This document shows positions 49,379 through 58,171 of a stretch of DNA of 64,000 nt, in pieces. The stretch is from IMG/VR virus record IMGVR_UViG_3300045594_000116, positions 128,001-192,000 of that record. The stretch is one strand, 5' to 3'. Numbering within the stretch: position 1 is the stretch's first letter; every line of letters starts with the position of its first letter. The notes under the pieces are model-generated. The model had not been told where the DNA came from. It saw only the letters and a list, made by a program, of their open reading frames with translations, and ran no database searches. Made by a program: the position numbers and the translations under genes. The stretch is from a virus (Duplodnaviria > Caudoviricetes).

Positions 49379-50335
49379 ATGAAAAAGAAAGAAGTTATGC
49401 ATCTCGTTCCTGAAAAAAATGAGAAGCGCGAAGATAGTGGATTTGGATTTAATGCATCTTCATTGGTTGGAGATGGAGACGCTCTTCCTGCATTAGAAAC
49501 CAATGAGCCGGCTAAAAAGAAAAGAGGCCGTCCACGTAAAGAAGATAATGGCGATGGATTTACGGTAGCTAAAAAAGCTGATCCGAATCCTATCAATTCT
49601 GATATGCCTTACGATCAAACGTATAAACAGAATATGATGATGATGTCTGGTACAGTTGCTCAGATCGATGGTCTGAGTTCACAACTTATGCAGGATCTTG
49701 GAGCGGTGCGTAACCTACGTAATAGCTTTAAGAAGTATGAGTATATGGGAACAATCGCAGGAGCGGTTACTAGTCTTATCGGTAATAAGATCAGCGCTGT
49801 ACGAGAGATGAACAGCGTTATCACAAAGTGTCATGACCTTGAGCTTAAGCGTGCTAAGGAGCTTAAAGCCGGAGTGGATGACGGTGATGATGATAAGAGA
49901 CTCATGGATCTCTACTCTGCATTTATCAACAATCCGATGGGTAACCCTGGAGCAAGCATGCCATATGCTAATGTATCTCAGGCTGACCTTATGTCTGTTG
50001 GTGCTAGAGCAAATACCACGAATCTGTTCTCACAGAATGAAGATCCGGGATTTACCCATTATGAACAGAACCTTACTCCTCAGCAGAACGCAATGCTGAA
50101 TGAGGGCAATCCAAACATTGAAACTGTTCTTGTATATGATCAGAGCACACAGGATAAGTATTTTGAGGTAATCGATAAGAGTACCGGAATGCCTATTCCT
50201 AATATGCCTACACCTGGAGAGTTTATCCTTGAAGGATGCGTGCCAGATGTAGTACGTGGCATTGCACGTAACTCAGACTTCAATCAGAACTTCCCATTGA
50301 AGCTAGTTGGACAACGAGCAGCAAACGAGTATTAA
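49379..50335 (+). CDS. hypothetical late protein with an AT-hook-like motif
   Basis: KKKRGRPRK; late promoter 49341-49352. Confidence 0.7.
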   Translation: MKKKEVMHLVPEKNEKREDSGFGFNASSLVGDGDALPALETNEPAKKKRGRPRKEDNGDGFTVAKKADPNPINSDMPYDQTYKQNMMMMSGTVAQIDGLSSQLMQDLGAVRNLRNSFKKYEYMGTIAGAVTSLIGNKISAVREMNSVITKCHDLELKRAKELKAGVDDGDDDKRLMDLYSAFINNPMGNPGASMPYANVSQADLMSVGARANTTNLFSQNEDPGFTHYEQNLTPQQNAMLNEGNPNIETVLVYDQSTQDKYFEVIDKSTGMPIPNMPTPGEFILEGCVPDVVRGIARNSDFNQNFPLKLVGQRAANEY

Positions 50336-50414
50336 AGCAATATAAAGAGAGGTCATTACGACCTCTCTATTGTTTTTTTTTGACAAATTAGTAATTATAA
50401 AGGAGGATTTTATC

Positions 50415-50960
50415 ATGTTAGAAACATATTTTTCTGGTGATAGCAATTATGCTGTATTAACCATACCAAGTTTTGTTGCAAAAGTATACTTAGAATATAA
50501 AGTCGCAGACTTAAATTTCAGAGATCCTATAGACGATCAGCTTGTTTTATATTCAGATAATGGAGATAATGCTAGATATCTTTTCTATAATTGCTATGGT
50601 GGTTGGGACGCACGCACAATGTACTATAATGGATCTGAAAGTCAGGTAACTAGAAGAGGAGCAACCTGGCCTGGAGATGGGATCATAGGGATGGCGATAG
50701 ATTACACTAATAAGTATGTGAACTTCTATTATGACAATACATTATTTGGTAGTGTCACACTACCTAATACCACATTTAGAAAAGTATTCATTGAAAGTAG
50801 CTGTGAAGGCAGATTACACCACGAACTTACGGTAGAACAAAGACTCAGCAAAGAATCGATTACCTATCCAAAAGACGGATTCCCATGTTATCTTGATGCA
50901 CTCAATGTGTATTCAGCTTTGCACGATATCCCTACAGATACGATTAGATGGTATATGTGA
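50415..50960 (+). CDS. SPRY/concanavalin-like domain protein
   Basis: KVYLEY and GDGIIGMAIDYTNKYVNFYYDN SPRY-like motifs; aaggagg RBS; GACA-N6-TA site. Confidence 0.6.
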   Translation: MLETYFSGDSNYAVLTIPSFVAKVYLEYKVADLNFRDPIDDQLVLYSDNGDNARYLFYNCYGGWDARTMYYNGSESQVTRRGATWPGDGIIGMAIDYTNKYVNFYYDNTLFGSVTLPNTTFRKVFIESSCEGRLHHELTVEQRLSKESITYPKDGFPCYLDALNVYSALHDIPTDTIRWYM

Positions 50961-51007
50961 CGCACAGTAAAGGAGAGAGCCAATGCGGCTCTCTCCGATA
51001 TTGTGTT
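50961..51007. terminator. bidirectional hairpin with TGTG tails on both strands
   Basis: ggagagagcc-aatgc-ggctctctcc flanked by gcacagtaa and gatattgtg. Confidence 0.65.
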
Positions 51008-51050
51008 ACGACAGAAATAAACCGTTTACAACGGCATTCATAAATATTTA

Positions 51051-51491
51051 TGCTGGTATGACTGCTTAGGGAAGAAACCCATGCTTGACTCACTGGCAAA
51101 AACCTTGATCTAAGATTTTATAATTGGATTGTGATGATTAACTTTTAAGATCTTAAGTCTACTGGATTAACAAAAAGTTTAACGGCTTAATAGCTTAATG
51201 ATAATTGATTAAATCTTAATGATTATCTCTTCATCTTAATTTTAATCAGAACTGGGGCTTGAACCCAGAGAGTAACATAGAGTATCTATGCCATGCGTTT
51301 ACCAATTTCGCCATTCTGCTTAAATAAAGTATGTAGATTTTTGGATCATCTACAATGCTATCTTTGTTTGATAGTTTGCTTTTTGTTTTTGATTCAACTG
51401 ATCAAAAGTTAAGCGATAGCTTTTGTTTTGTACGGTAAAAGCTATCGAAAGACCGCTGAGCCTTTTCTTGGATTTTTACATCATATCAGCA
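51051..51491 (-). ncRNA. putative ~440-nt structured non-coding RNA
   Basis: 5' UGCUGAUAUGAU pairs with 3' GUCAUACCAGCA; internal hairpins; periodic UUAA motifs; no ORF; contains a tRNA-like domain. Confidence 0.65.
51245..51320 (-). other. tRNA-like domain without a canonical anticodon loop
   Basis: Acceptor CAGAA/UUCUG, D arm UGGCGAAAUUGGUAAACGC, T arm CUGGG-UUCAAGC-CCCAG; anticodon arm replaced by an 8-9 bp hairpin with a 3-5 nt loop; no CCA. Confidence 0.7.
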
Positions 51492-51501
51492 ATGATACTT
51501 A

Positions 51502-52170
51502 TCAATATTCGATTTCAATCTCCGTGATCTCAGTCATATGACCAAGAGCAGCGTCGATGTTCACCAGATAGGCATCGATTGCCTCTGCGGCATTTTTCAT
51601 CTTCTTAGTGATCTCAGCCGGATCAAGAAGATCTACCTTGTACTGTGCATTCAGCTCAGCCTCACGATTAGCGCGCTGAGTCGACGATGCATTCGTAGTA
51701 TTGCCGAATTCGTTGTTAACACGCTCGACAATGTAACGATCAGTTTCTTTGACACGCTTGGTATACATCTTGGATACCGAGCTAACGCCATTGGTGATAG
51801 TACGCATGATGCTCGTAAGTTCATTCTTGTAGTAGTTCTTACGAGCGATAGCAGCAGCGAATGAAAGCGATTCTTTCTCATCCCCATTGATGTCGTCGAA
51901 TGACTTGAACTTCGGTACTTCGATGTACGTCTTTGCATTTGCATTGAGAATAGCATTTGCAATGGCTTCACGACGAACGATCTTATCGTTCAGGGACTGC
52001 CAACGAGCTTTAGCGTCAGCTTCCCAGTCTTCAACAGAGAGACCATTGATGATCTTCTCGGTATTGTCTTTTGTTGTGGTAAATGCTTTCATAGAAGCAG
52101 AATCAATCTGCTTATCGAGCATCTTCTTCTGCGCGAGCGCAGCTCTGAGTGTCATGGTTTCTTTTACCAT
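51502..52170 (-). CDS. helical/coiled-coil protein directly upstream of the ncRNA
   Basis: MTLRAALAQKKMLDKQI...IDAALGHMTEITEIEIEY; strong codon bias; ggagg RBS before MVKET. Confidence 0.8.
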   Translation of the reverse strand: MVKETMTLRAALAQKKMLDKQIDSASMKAFTTTKDNTEKIINGLSVEDWEADAKARWQSLNDKIVRREAIANAILNANAKTYIEVPKFKSFDDINGDEKESLSFAAAIARKNYYKNELTSIMRTITNGVSSVSKMYTKRVKETDRYIVERVNNEFGNTTNASSTQRANREAELNAQYKVDLLDPAEITKKMKNAAEAIDAYLVNIDAALGHMTEITEIEIEY

Positions 52171-52338
52171 TTTACATTCCTCCAATTTAACAATTAATAG
52201 CTTAACCTTTGCTACTATAGTGTATATGCTGTAATAAATTTAAATTATTACTTTTTTCGTTATCATAATCAGATACCCGCCGGATTCGACATTAAATTAA
52301 AGCCAAAATATTATATGTTGAAAGGTTGTGTTTTTACT

Positions 52339-52992
52339 ATGAGTGCACCAAATTCAAACGGGGTATTACGTACTAATCTGAAAGATATGAAAATCGGGGA
52401 TTATATCAAGTGGCAATATAATGGCGGGTCTGATACTGCTATTGGAACTTTAAAGGCTGATGATGGAACAGAAAACGAATTGCCATCTATGCCATCTACT
52501 CCTTTAGCTACCGGAATTACAGGGTATTTCTACTTCATAAAGTGGAAGCAGGGATTACTAGTAGCGGATAGAGGCATTCATGCCAATATATCGGCCCAGA
52601 TGCTTAATAAAGTTGGCTATTTTAAAGGCAGTCAGTATTTTTGCCCATCTTTCGCCCAGTTCCAAGCATTCTGCGCCGATGATTTTAACGGCAATTTCAA
52701 ATTTAGCAATGCTAATTTTCCAATAGTGGCCGAATCCCTTACGCGTCCTGGTGTTAATATGGGCGAGGGTGGAGATCTTAAAGGAAGGCCCATTACCCAA
52801 GATTTAAAAATCGTTAGAGAGATAGGATATGCTCACATGACTGGTTATTACTTTGATACTACTGATCACATAGAATTTGCACAAAGGCAGAAAGATACTA
52901 TTGTAGCTGGCTGCCATGTATATCTTCCGACATATTTCTTGCCTTGCATGGAATATGTGGACAATTCGAAATCAACAAATATCTATTATTAA
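52339..52992 (+). CDS. single-domain relative of the adjacent repeat protein
   Basis: IGDYI...GYFYFIK...LLVADR.I..NIS...LN..G is shared with the repeats of 53002-55050. Confidence 0.65.
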   Translation: MSAPNSNGVLRTNLKDMKIGDYIKWQYNGGSDTAIGTLKADDGTENELPSMPSTPLATGITGYFYFIKWKQGLLVADRGIHANISAQMLNKVGYFKGSQYFCPSFAQFQAFCADDFNGNFKFSNANFPIVAESLTRPGVNMGEGGDLKGRPITQDLKIVREIGYAHMTGYYFDTTDHIEFAQRQKDTIVAGCHVYLPTYFLPCMEYVDNSKSTNIYY

Positions 52993-53001
52993 GGAAATTA
53001 G

Positions 53002-55050
53002 GTGATTAACTTGGCTGATATAACTTCACTAACTAAAGTGACAGACCCATACAATATCCAACCTGGCCAATACATTACCTGCGATTATACAACTACAGCA
53101 GCTAATGCCTTAGGTACTTTTAGTAACCTTGGCAAAGCTACTAAAGATCTTTTAGCAACTCCTCTTACAGGAGCAGGTGAGGGATCTTTTAACTTTATCT
53201 GTATCGGATGGGACTATGCGGGTAGACCTTATCTTATCGCTGATAGAGTTATTCAGACTAGCTTTAGCTTATCAAGCAATTCAGCTTTGAACACTACCTC
53301 TGGTACTACGGCTACGATCGATAGTTCAGTATCAGTCAACTTGCGTGTACTCAATAGAGACACATGGGATAAGGCAGTTGTAAAAGGCGGAGTGACTGGT
53401 ATAGCTGCTGGTGATGCATTATGGAATTTCTCTATCCCATCATGGACATTTGAACTTCCATCGGATAGCACTGATGGAACAGCAAACTATATCCTTGGTG
53501 GTGCAGCTGTTGATACGATTGCTACAAAAGCGATTAACACAACAGATGCAACGGTAGGATACCGTCCTGTAATGACCATCAATTCAAAGCCAGCATATCG
53601 CGGTAATCCTGGTCTTGCTGCAGGCATTACGCTTGTGACAGATCCAGCCAAATTAGTTCCTGGTACGGCTATCTCATGCGAGTATACTGTAACTACTAAG
53701 GGAGCTATCGGAACATATGCAAATCTTGGTAAAGCTACCAAAGATCCTTTACCAGATTACCCAGTAGATCTCCCAGATGGAACATTCTACTGGATCTGCG
53801 TTGGTTATACTCCAGCCGGATATCCGAAGTGCTTTGCCGATAGAAACATTCAGGCAAACATTTCATGGTCGACTTTGGCCACTGCAGCGCTTACCACTAC
53901 CTCTGGTACTGAAACTACAGTTAGCGGCCACAAATGCAATTTACGCATTCCTAATTCCATCCCAAATAGGCATATTAGCTTGCCAGATTCCAAGTATGGA
54001 GAGTGGGATGCAATCTTTACTACTTATAATGCAATGGGTATTAAAGCAAGTAATGACGTATGGAATACTAAATTCTCGCAGTCCTTTACGACAGCTATTC
54101 TCTCTGACGTAGATGATGCCGGCAATCTTGCAGATGGTACTTATATCATCGCTAGAGGTTGTCAGGATGGAACTGATGGAGTATATCAGGATAAAGAGGA
54201 TGCACAGGCTAAGTATACTCAGTCTCAGACACTCTCTAATGTAGGTTTCCGTCCTGTATTTATCTATACAGAGATCGATGCTAACTCAAGAGGTAAAGTA
54301 GGAACTACACTTCCATCTTTCGACTTTAAACCAGGAACGTATGTACAACCTGGTGAGGTTATTCCTTGTACCTATACGGTTACAACTAAAGGAACTCTTG
54401 GCAAGTTTACCGAATTTGGTGGAAAGTCTGACAAAGATTGGATCTTGGCAGAGGGTGAAGATCTTCCGGACGGTCGCTTTAACTTTATCTGTGTAGGTTA
54501 TACCCCTGATGGTTGTGCTAAGTTAGTAGCTGATAGAAACATTCAGACGAATATTTCTTGGACTGCTCTTAACAATGCTGGGCTTTGTCTCACTACCGGT
54601 AGTGATGTTCCTGTAGATGGAACTAACTGGAAGATGAGATTGTTCAACACTACCACTACCAGATTCGTATCTGAAACTGATTATGGTGAATGGGATGCTA
54701 TCATTAGTCTTATGACTAGAGCTGGTATTACTAAGCCATCAGATCCAGAGATATGGAACTGTGGTAATAACCGTAGTTGGACGCTTGCTACCATTGCTAC
54801 TATCGATGATGCTGGTACTCTTGGAACACAGGATAACTGTATTACTAGAGGCGTGCAGGATACTGCATTCAATATCAAGGACGCAAGCTTTACGAAGCAG
54901 GCTTTCCAAAGCGCTGCATATGCTTCTAAGACTATCGGCTTTAGACCAGTAATGTGGTTCAAACAGAAACCTGTATCAAGCACTAACCCTTATCGTGCAT
55001 TCGTACGTATTGAGGATGATGCTTTGTTCGCAAATCAGAATTTCTTCTAA
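53002..55050 (+). CDS. three-repeat putative adhesin or tail-associated protein (C-type-lectin-like repeats)
   Basis: Three ~220-aa repeats: PG..I.C.YT, FIC.G, ADR.IQ, W, ending G(Y/F)RPV. Confidence 0.65.
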   Translation: MINLADITSLTKVTDPYNIQPGQYITCDYTTTAANALGTFSNLGKATKDLLATPLTGAGEGSFNFICIGWDYAGRPYLIADRVIQTSFSLSSNSALNTTSGTTATIDSSVSVNLRVLNRDTWDKAVVKGGVTGIAAGDALWNFSIPSWTFELPSDSTDGTANYILGGAAVDTIATKAINTTDATVGYRPVMTINSKPAYRGNPGLAAGITLVTDPAKLVPGTAISCEYTVTTKGAIGTYANLGKATKDPLPDYPVDLPDGTFYWICVGYTPAGYPKCFADRNIQANISWSTLATAALTTTSGTETTVSGHKCNLRIPNSIPNRHISLPDSKYGEWDAIFTTYNAMGIKASNDVWNTKFSQSFTTAILSDVDDAGNLADGTYIIARGCQDGTDGVYQDKEDAQAKYTQSQTLSNVGFRPVFIYTEIDANSRGKVGTTLPSFDFKPGTYVQPGEVIPCTYTVTTKGTLGKFTEFGGKSDKDWILAEGEDLPDGRFNFICVGYTPDGCAKLVADRNIQTNISWTALNNAGLCLTTGSDVPVDGTNWKMRLFNTTTTRFVSETDYGEWDAIISLMTRAGITKPSDPEIWNCGNNRSWTLATIATIDDAGTLGTQDNCITRGVQDTAFNIKDASFTKQAFQSAAYASKTIGFRPVMWFKQKPVSSTNPYRAFVRIEDDALFANQNFF

Positions 55051-55060
55051 AGCAAAATAA

Positions 55061-55099
55061 ATCCCTCTACTCACTGCGAGTAGAGGGATATTTTGTGCC
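55061..55099. terminator. hairpin between convergent genes
   Basis: atccctctactc-actgc-gagtagagggat-attttgtgcc. Confidence 0.7.
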
Positions 55100-55685
55100 T
55101 TATTTATAGCCATACGCGAATTCATTCTTATCCTTCATGGCATCGTAATAAAGAATATTAAGATGATTACTAAGAGTGAACACCCCAGGAACTGGATAAG
55201 TGATTGGATTGCTTGGAGAACCATCTTGGAACCAAGCTTGGCCATGTGGATCTGAATAGAAATTTTGCATAATGCATCTAATATCTTTTCCATTCAAATA
55301 TGATATGTCGCAATCCTTACCAATAAGAGTGCCATTCCGATATGTAGATGCACGATTCGTTGTAAAATCAAATACAATAGTGCACCAACTAGTATCTTGC
55401 GTTCTTCCAAGGCTTATACCATCTATAGCACTATCTGGTCCATACGAACCAGATATATACGAATGGCAATAAGCCGCATTATGTGCGTATGCCGTATATC
55501 CCTCAGCATTATACGTTCCAGGAAGGTTATTAGCATCCTCGAATAGTATATCCATACAATTATGGCCAGAGGCACATCCTAAGCCCTACCTGCCAAATTC
55601 CTGTTCCAGGAATGGTATTATCAGAAAGGATTATTCCTCCTCCCATACTTACATAACTAGCTCCATTGAATAATATTTGCTTCAT
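55100..55685 (-). pseudogene. SPRY-like gene with a frameshift near its 5' end
   Basis: RBS-led ATG at 55685 stops at 55560-55562; removing one base in 55563-55587 (e.g. from GGG 55584-55586) joins it to ORF 55100-55555. Confidence 0.55.
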
Positions 55686-55697
55686 GTATATCTCTCC

Positions 55698-56245
55698 TTA
55701 TTTGTATGACCATAAAATGTCCTTTCTGTCTTCTATAGACATAGTAGGCATTAGGTCACCGAGTACAGTATATCCATCTGGTATACTAGGAAAATCAGAT
55801 CTAAATATAGTTTGGGTTTCTCCAACTAATGGTTTGAAAATATACGTTTTCAAATCTGCACGAGCACCCAAATTTATAGAATAAAATAATGTACCATTAA
55901 AAAAGAAATTCATTATATTGGAATCATAATCAAATCCATACCCATATCTTCCGGCCTTTTGGTACGTAGGGCTTGTAGTAACATAGTTGAATGTGGTACC
56001 ATCTGTCCAACAAAAGCCTATATCTCCTTTAGAGTCCCAACCAATCACATTGGTAACATGCTGAAATATCAGATACCCAGGTAATTTTCCATATGGAAAA
56101 CCTCCGAAGTATTCATCCTTTTGATATGGATATATCTCGGGTATATTGTATTCAATATACAATTTGCCCGACTTATCCACTACCTGAGGGATTCCCCCCT
56201 CCCCAATACTAAATCTTTGTAGCTTACCGATGGATCTATTCTCAT
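55698..56245 (-). pseudogene. SPRY-like gene frameshifted at a GGGGAGGGGGG tract
   Basis: RBS-led ATG at 56245 lies 65 nt from the GTG at 56180; one extra G in the tract at ~56194-56204 restores the frame; SGKLYIEY and GYGFD...NFFFNG motifs. Confidence 0.6.
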
Positions 56246-56331
56246 GATAACCACCTTAACCTTTCTCGAAATTCATTTACTAATTTGTCAAAAAAAAAAG
56301 AGAACTCGTAATGAGTTCTCCTTTTTTCTAC

Positions 56332-57243
56332 TTATTTACTATTGATCAAATAATTTACAGTAGTCTCCATCAATGCTAGTAACAGCATCTTGGCCATATT
56401 ATCTCCACCACCGATAGCTCCTTGTACTATTCTACCAGTTGTTTTGTTCGGCTGATAGAGAACGAGGCATTTGGTATAGTCTGATTTACAATCATTTATA
56501 CCATTAGGTACAAAGGCAACCTTGTACTTAAGAGATTCGCGGCACGTTCCTTTATGGAGCCAATATCCAAGATACTTACTATCTCCGATAAGATCACGAG
56601 CCTGATGATACATACAGTCAAGCTGCTTGTCGCTGATGTACTTATTACCATCCCAAGTATCATCATAGAGTGATAATGCCCAAAGTAGAGCGACTACGAT
56701 CGGAAATGATTCGCATCTTTCACCAAGAAACTTAAGCACCTTACCGAGTTTAGCCCTGTCTACCTTTGGCATCCTTACAGGAATCTCTAAGTAATCTTTA
56801 TACTCCTTAGATGGACTAAACTGCTTGAAGAAGAATAAAGACTGCTTATCTGATATCAGATTGAACAAGGCGCTAACAACCTTTGGATTTGCAGTATGCG
56901 GATTGATTCTGAAGATATCATTATCTCTTTTTGGATCTCCGTTTACGATAGCCTTACGAATGTCAAGTTCTAATCCCTCTTTTGACGCTCGTTTCAATTC
57001 GTTAGGAGCAGAATCGGTTCTTCCTTTTGAATCGATCAGGCACATAACTCAATGGAATATCAAAAGCACTATACCTACCGATGGCCCATGCTTCTGCTTT
57101 TCAGACACATGCATATTGAATGAAAAGTCATCAAACCATCCGATGTTTTCGCTACGGCCTCTTCCATCTTCACTTAAACGACCTTTGATCCCTGGAGTTA
57201 CCATTACTCCTTTTGCATCTGCATTTAAAGTAAACAATTTCAT
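56332..57243 (-). pseudogene. hypothetical gene split by one in-frame TGA (57049-57051), or two adjacent genes
   Basis: ...IFH-TGA-V-MCLID are in one frame; no RBS before MCLID. Confidence 0.45.
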
Positions 57244-57259
57244 TTTTTATTCCTCCATA

Positions 57260-58048
57260 TCATTTACGTTCTACTGTTAATACTCCATCCTTTGTATAAG
57301 TAATTCTAGCTACAGTATCAATCTCTTCATTTATAGGAAGTAAGAATTCTTCCTCTCCTTTAAAATTAGCATCAAGAAAGTAGCCTAAGTTTAACCCGAT
57401 GAATACGTCTAAGCTTTCTCCTTTCTTGATGAATAACTGATCTACTACTGCACGCTTTATTTCATGCGGTGTATAATTGACATACCTAATTGCTCTCTTC
57501 ATATAATCAGATGATCTATTCTCCGCTACTCGTCTATCCAATTCTTCTCGTATGCTCTCATTAGTTTTTACTCTATATGCTTTACCATGCGTAGTATGCA
57601 TATAGTAATACTCGATAGACTTTCTTCCTCTTTTAACCATTCTCTTTAACTTTTCATCACAGATATCACAATACAAATTCTTGCCATCATGGATATTTCT
57701 ATGAGTATGGTTAACAGATATCTGCTCATTGATAAGAGGACATGTCGTAATGGTTATTTCAGAGAAAGGTATAGCTATAGTCATAGGCATATAGATCCAT
57801 GCTACATCTGATTCATCAGGCTCTGTCTCTTTCAGTGTATCAGTGTAGCAATTATGCTCGTCAATGAATACTCCATCGGTAATTGTGGTTTCAATCTTCT
57901 CATCTTGTCCCTCTACACTATTGATGAGTTTTACATTAGTTCTACCATGTAAAAATGATAAATCTAAGTATGGCACTTCTTCTTTTTCTACGTTAACAGT
58001 TACACCGGTCTTTACGGAAAGATCATTACTCAAAGTAAACAGTTTCAT
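57260..58048 (-). CDS. hypothetical early protein (MKLFTL start, CDIC motif)
   Basis: Early promoter 58092-58101(-); N-terminus shared with the next gene. Confidence 0.7.
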   Translation of the reverse strand: MKLFTLSNDLSVKTGVTVNVEKEEVPYLDLSFLHGRTNVKLINSVEGQDEKIETTITDGVFIDEHNCYTDTLKETEPDESDVAWIYMPMTIAIPFSEITITTCPLINEQISVNHTHRNIHDGKNLYCDICDEKLKRMVKRGRKSIEYYYMHTTHGKAYRVKTNESIREELDRRVAENRSSDYMKRAIRYVNYTPHEIKRAVVDQLFIKKGESLDVFIGLNLGYFLDANFKGEEEFLLPINEEIDTVARITYTKDGVLTVERK

Positions 58049-58171
58049 TACAATTACTTCCTTTCAAAAATCTATTTACACATCTCACATTTATAATATA
58101 TGCCTATAATTATCATAAAAAACAAAATAGATCCTGGGTATTAAACCCAGGGAAGTATTTATTGTTTCTTT

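Noticed and set aside
51245-51320. Functional tRNA gene
   Set aside because: No 7-nt anticodon loop, imperfect acceptor stem and no CCA; reported as tRNA-like instead.
53002-55050. Diversity-generating retroelement
   Set aside because: GFRPV-ending domains are present, but no reverse transcriptase or near-identical template repeat was seen in the window.
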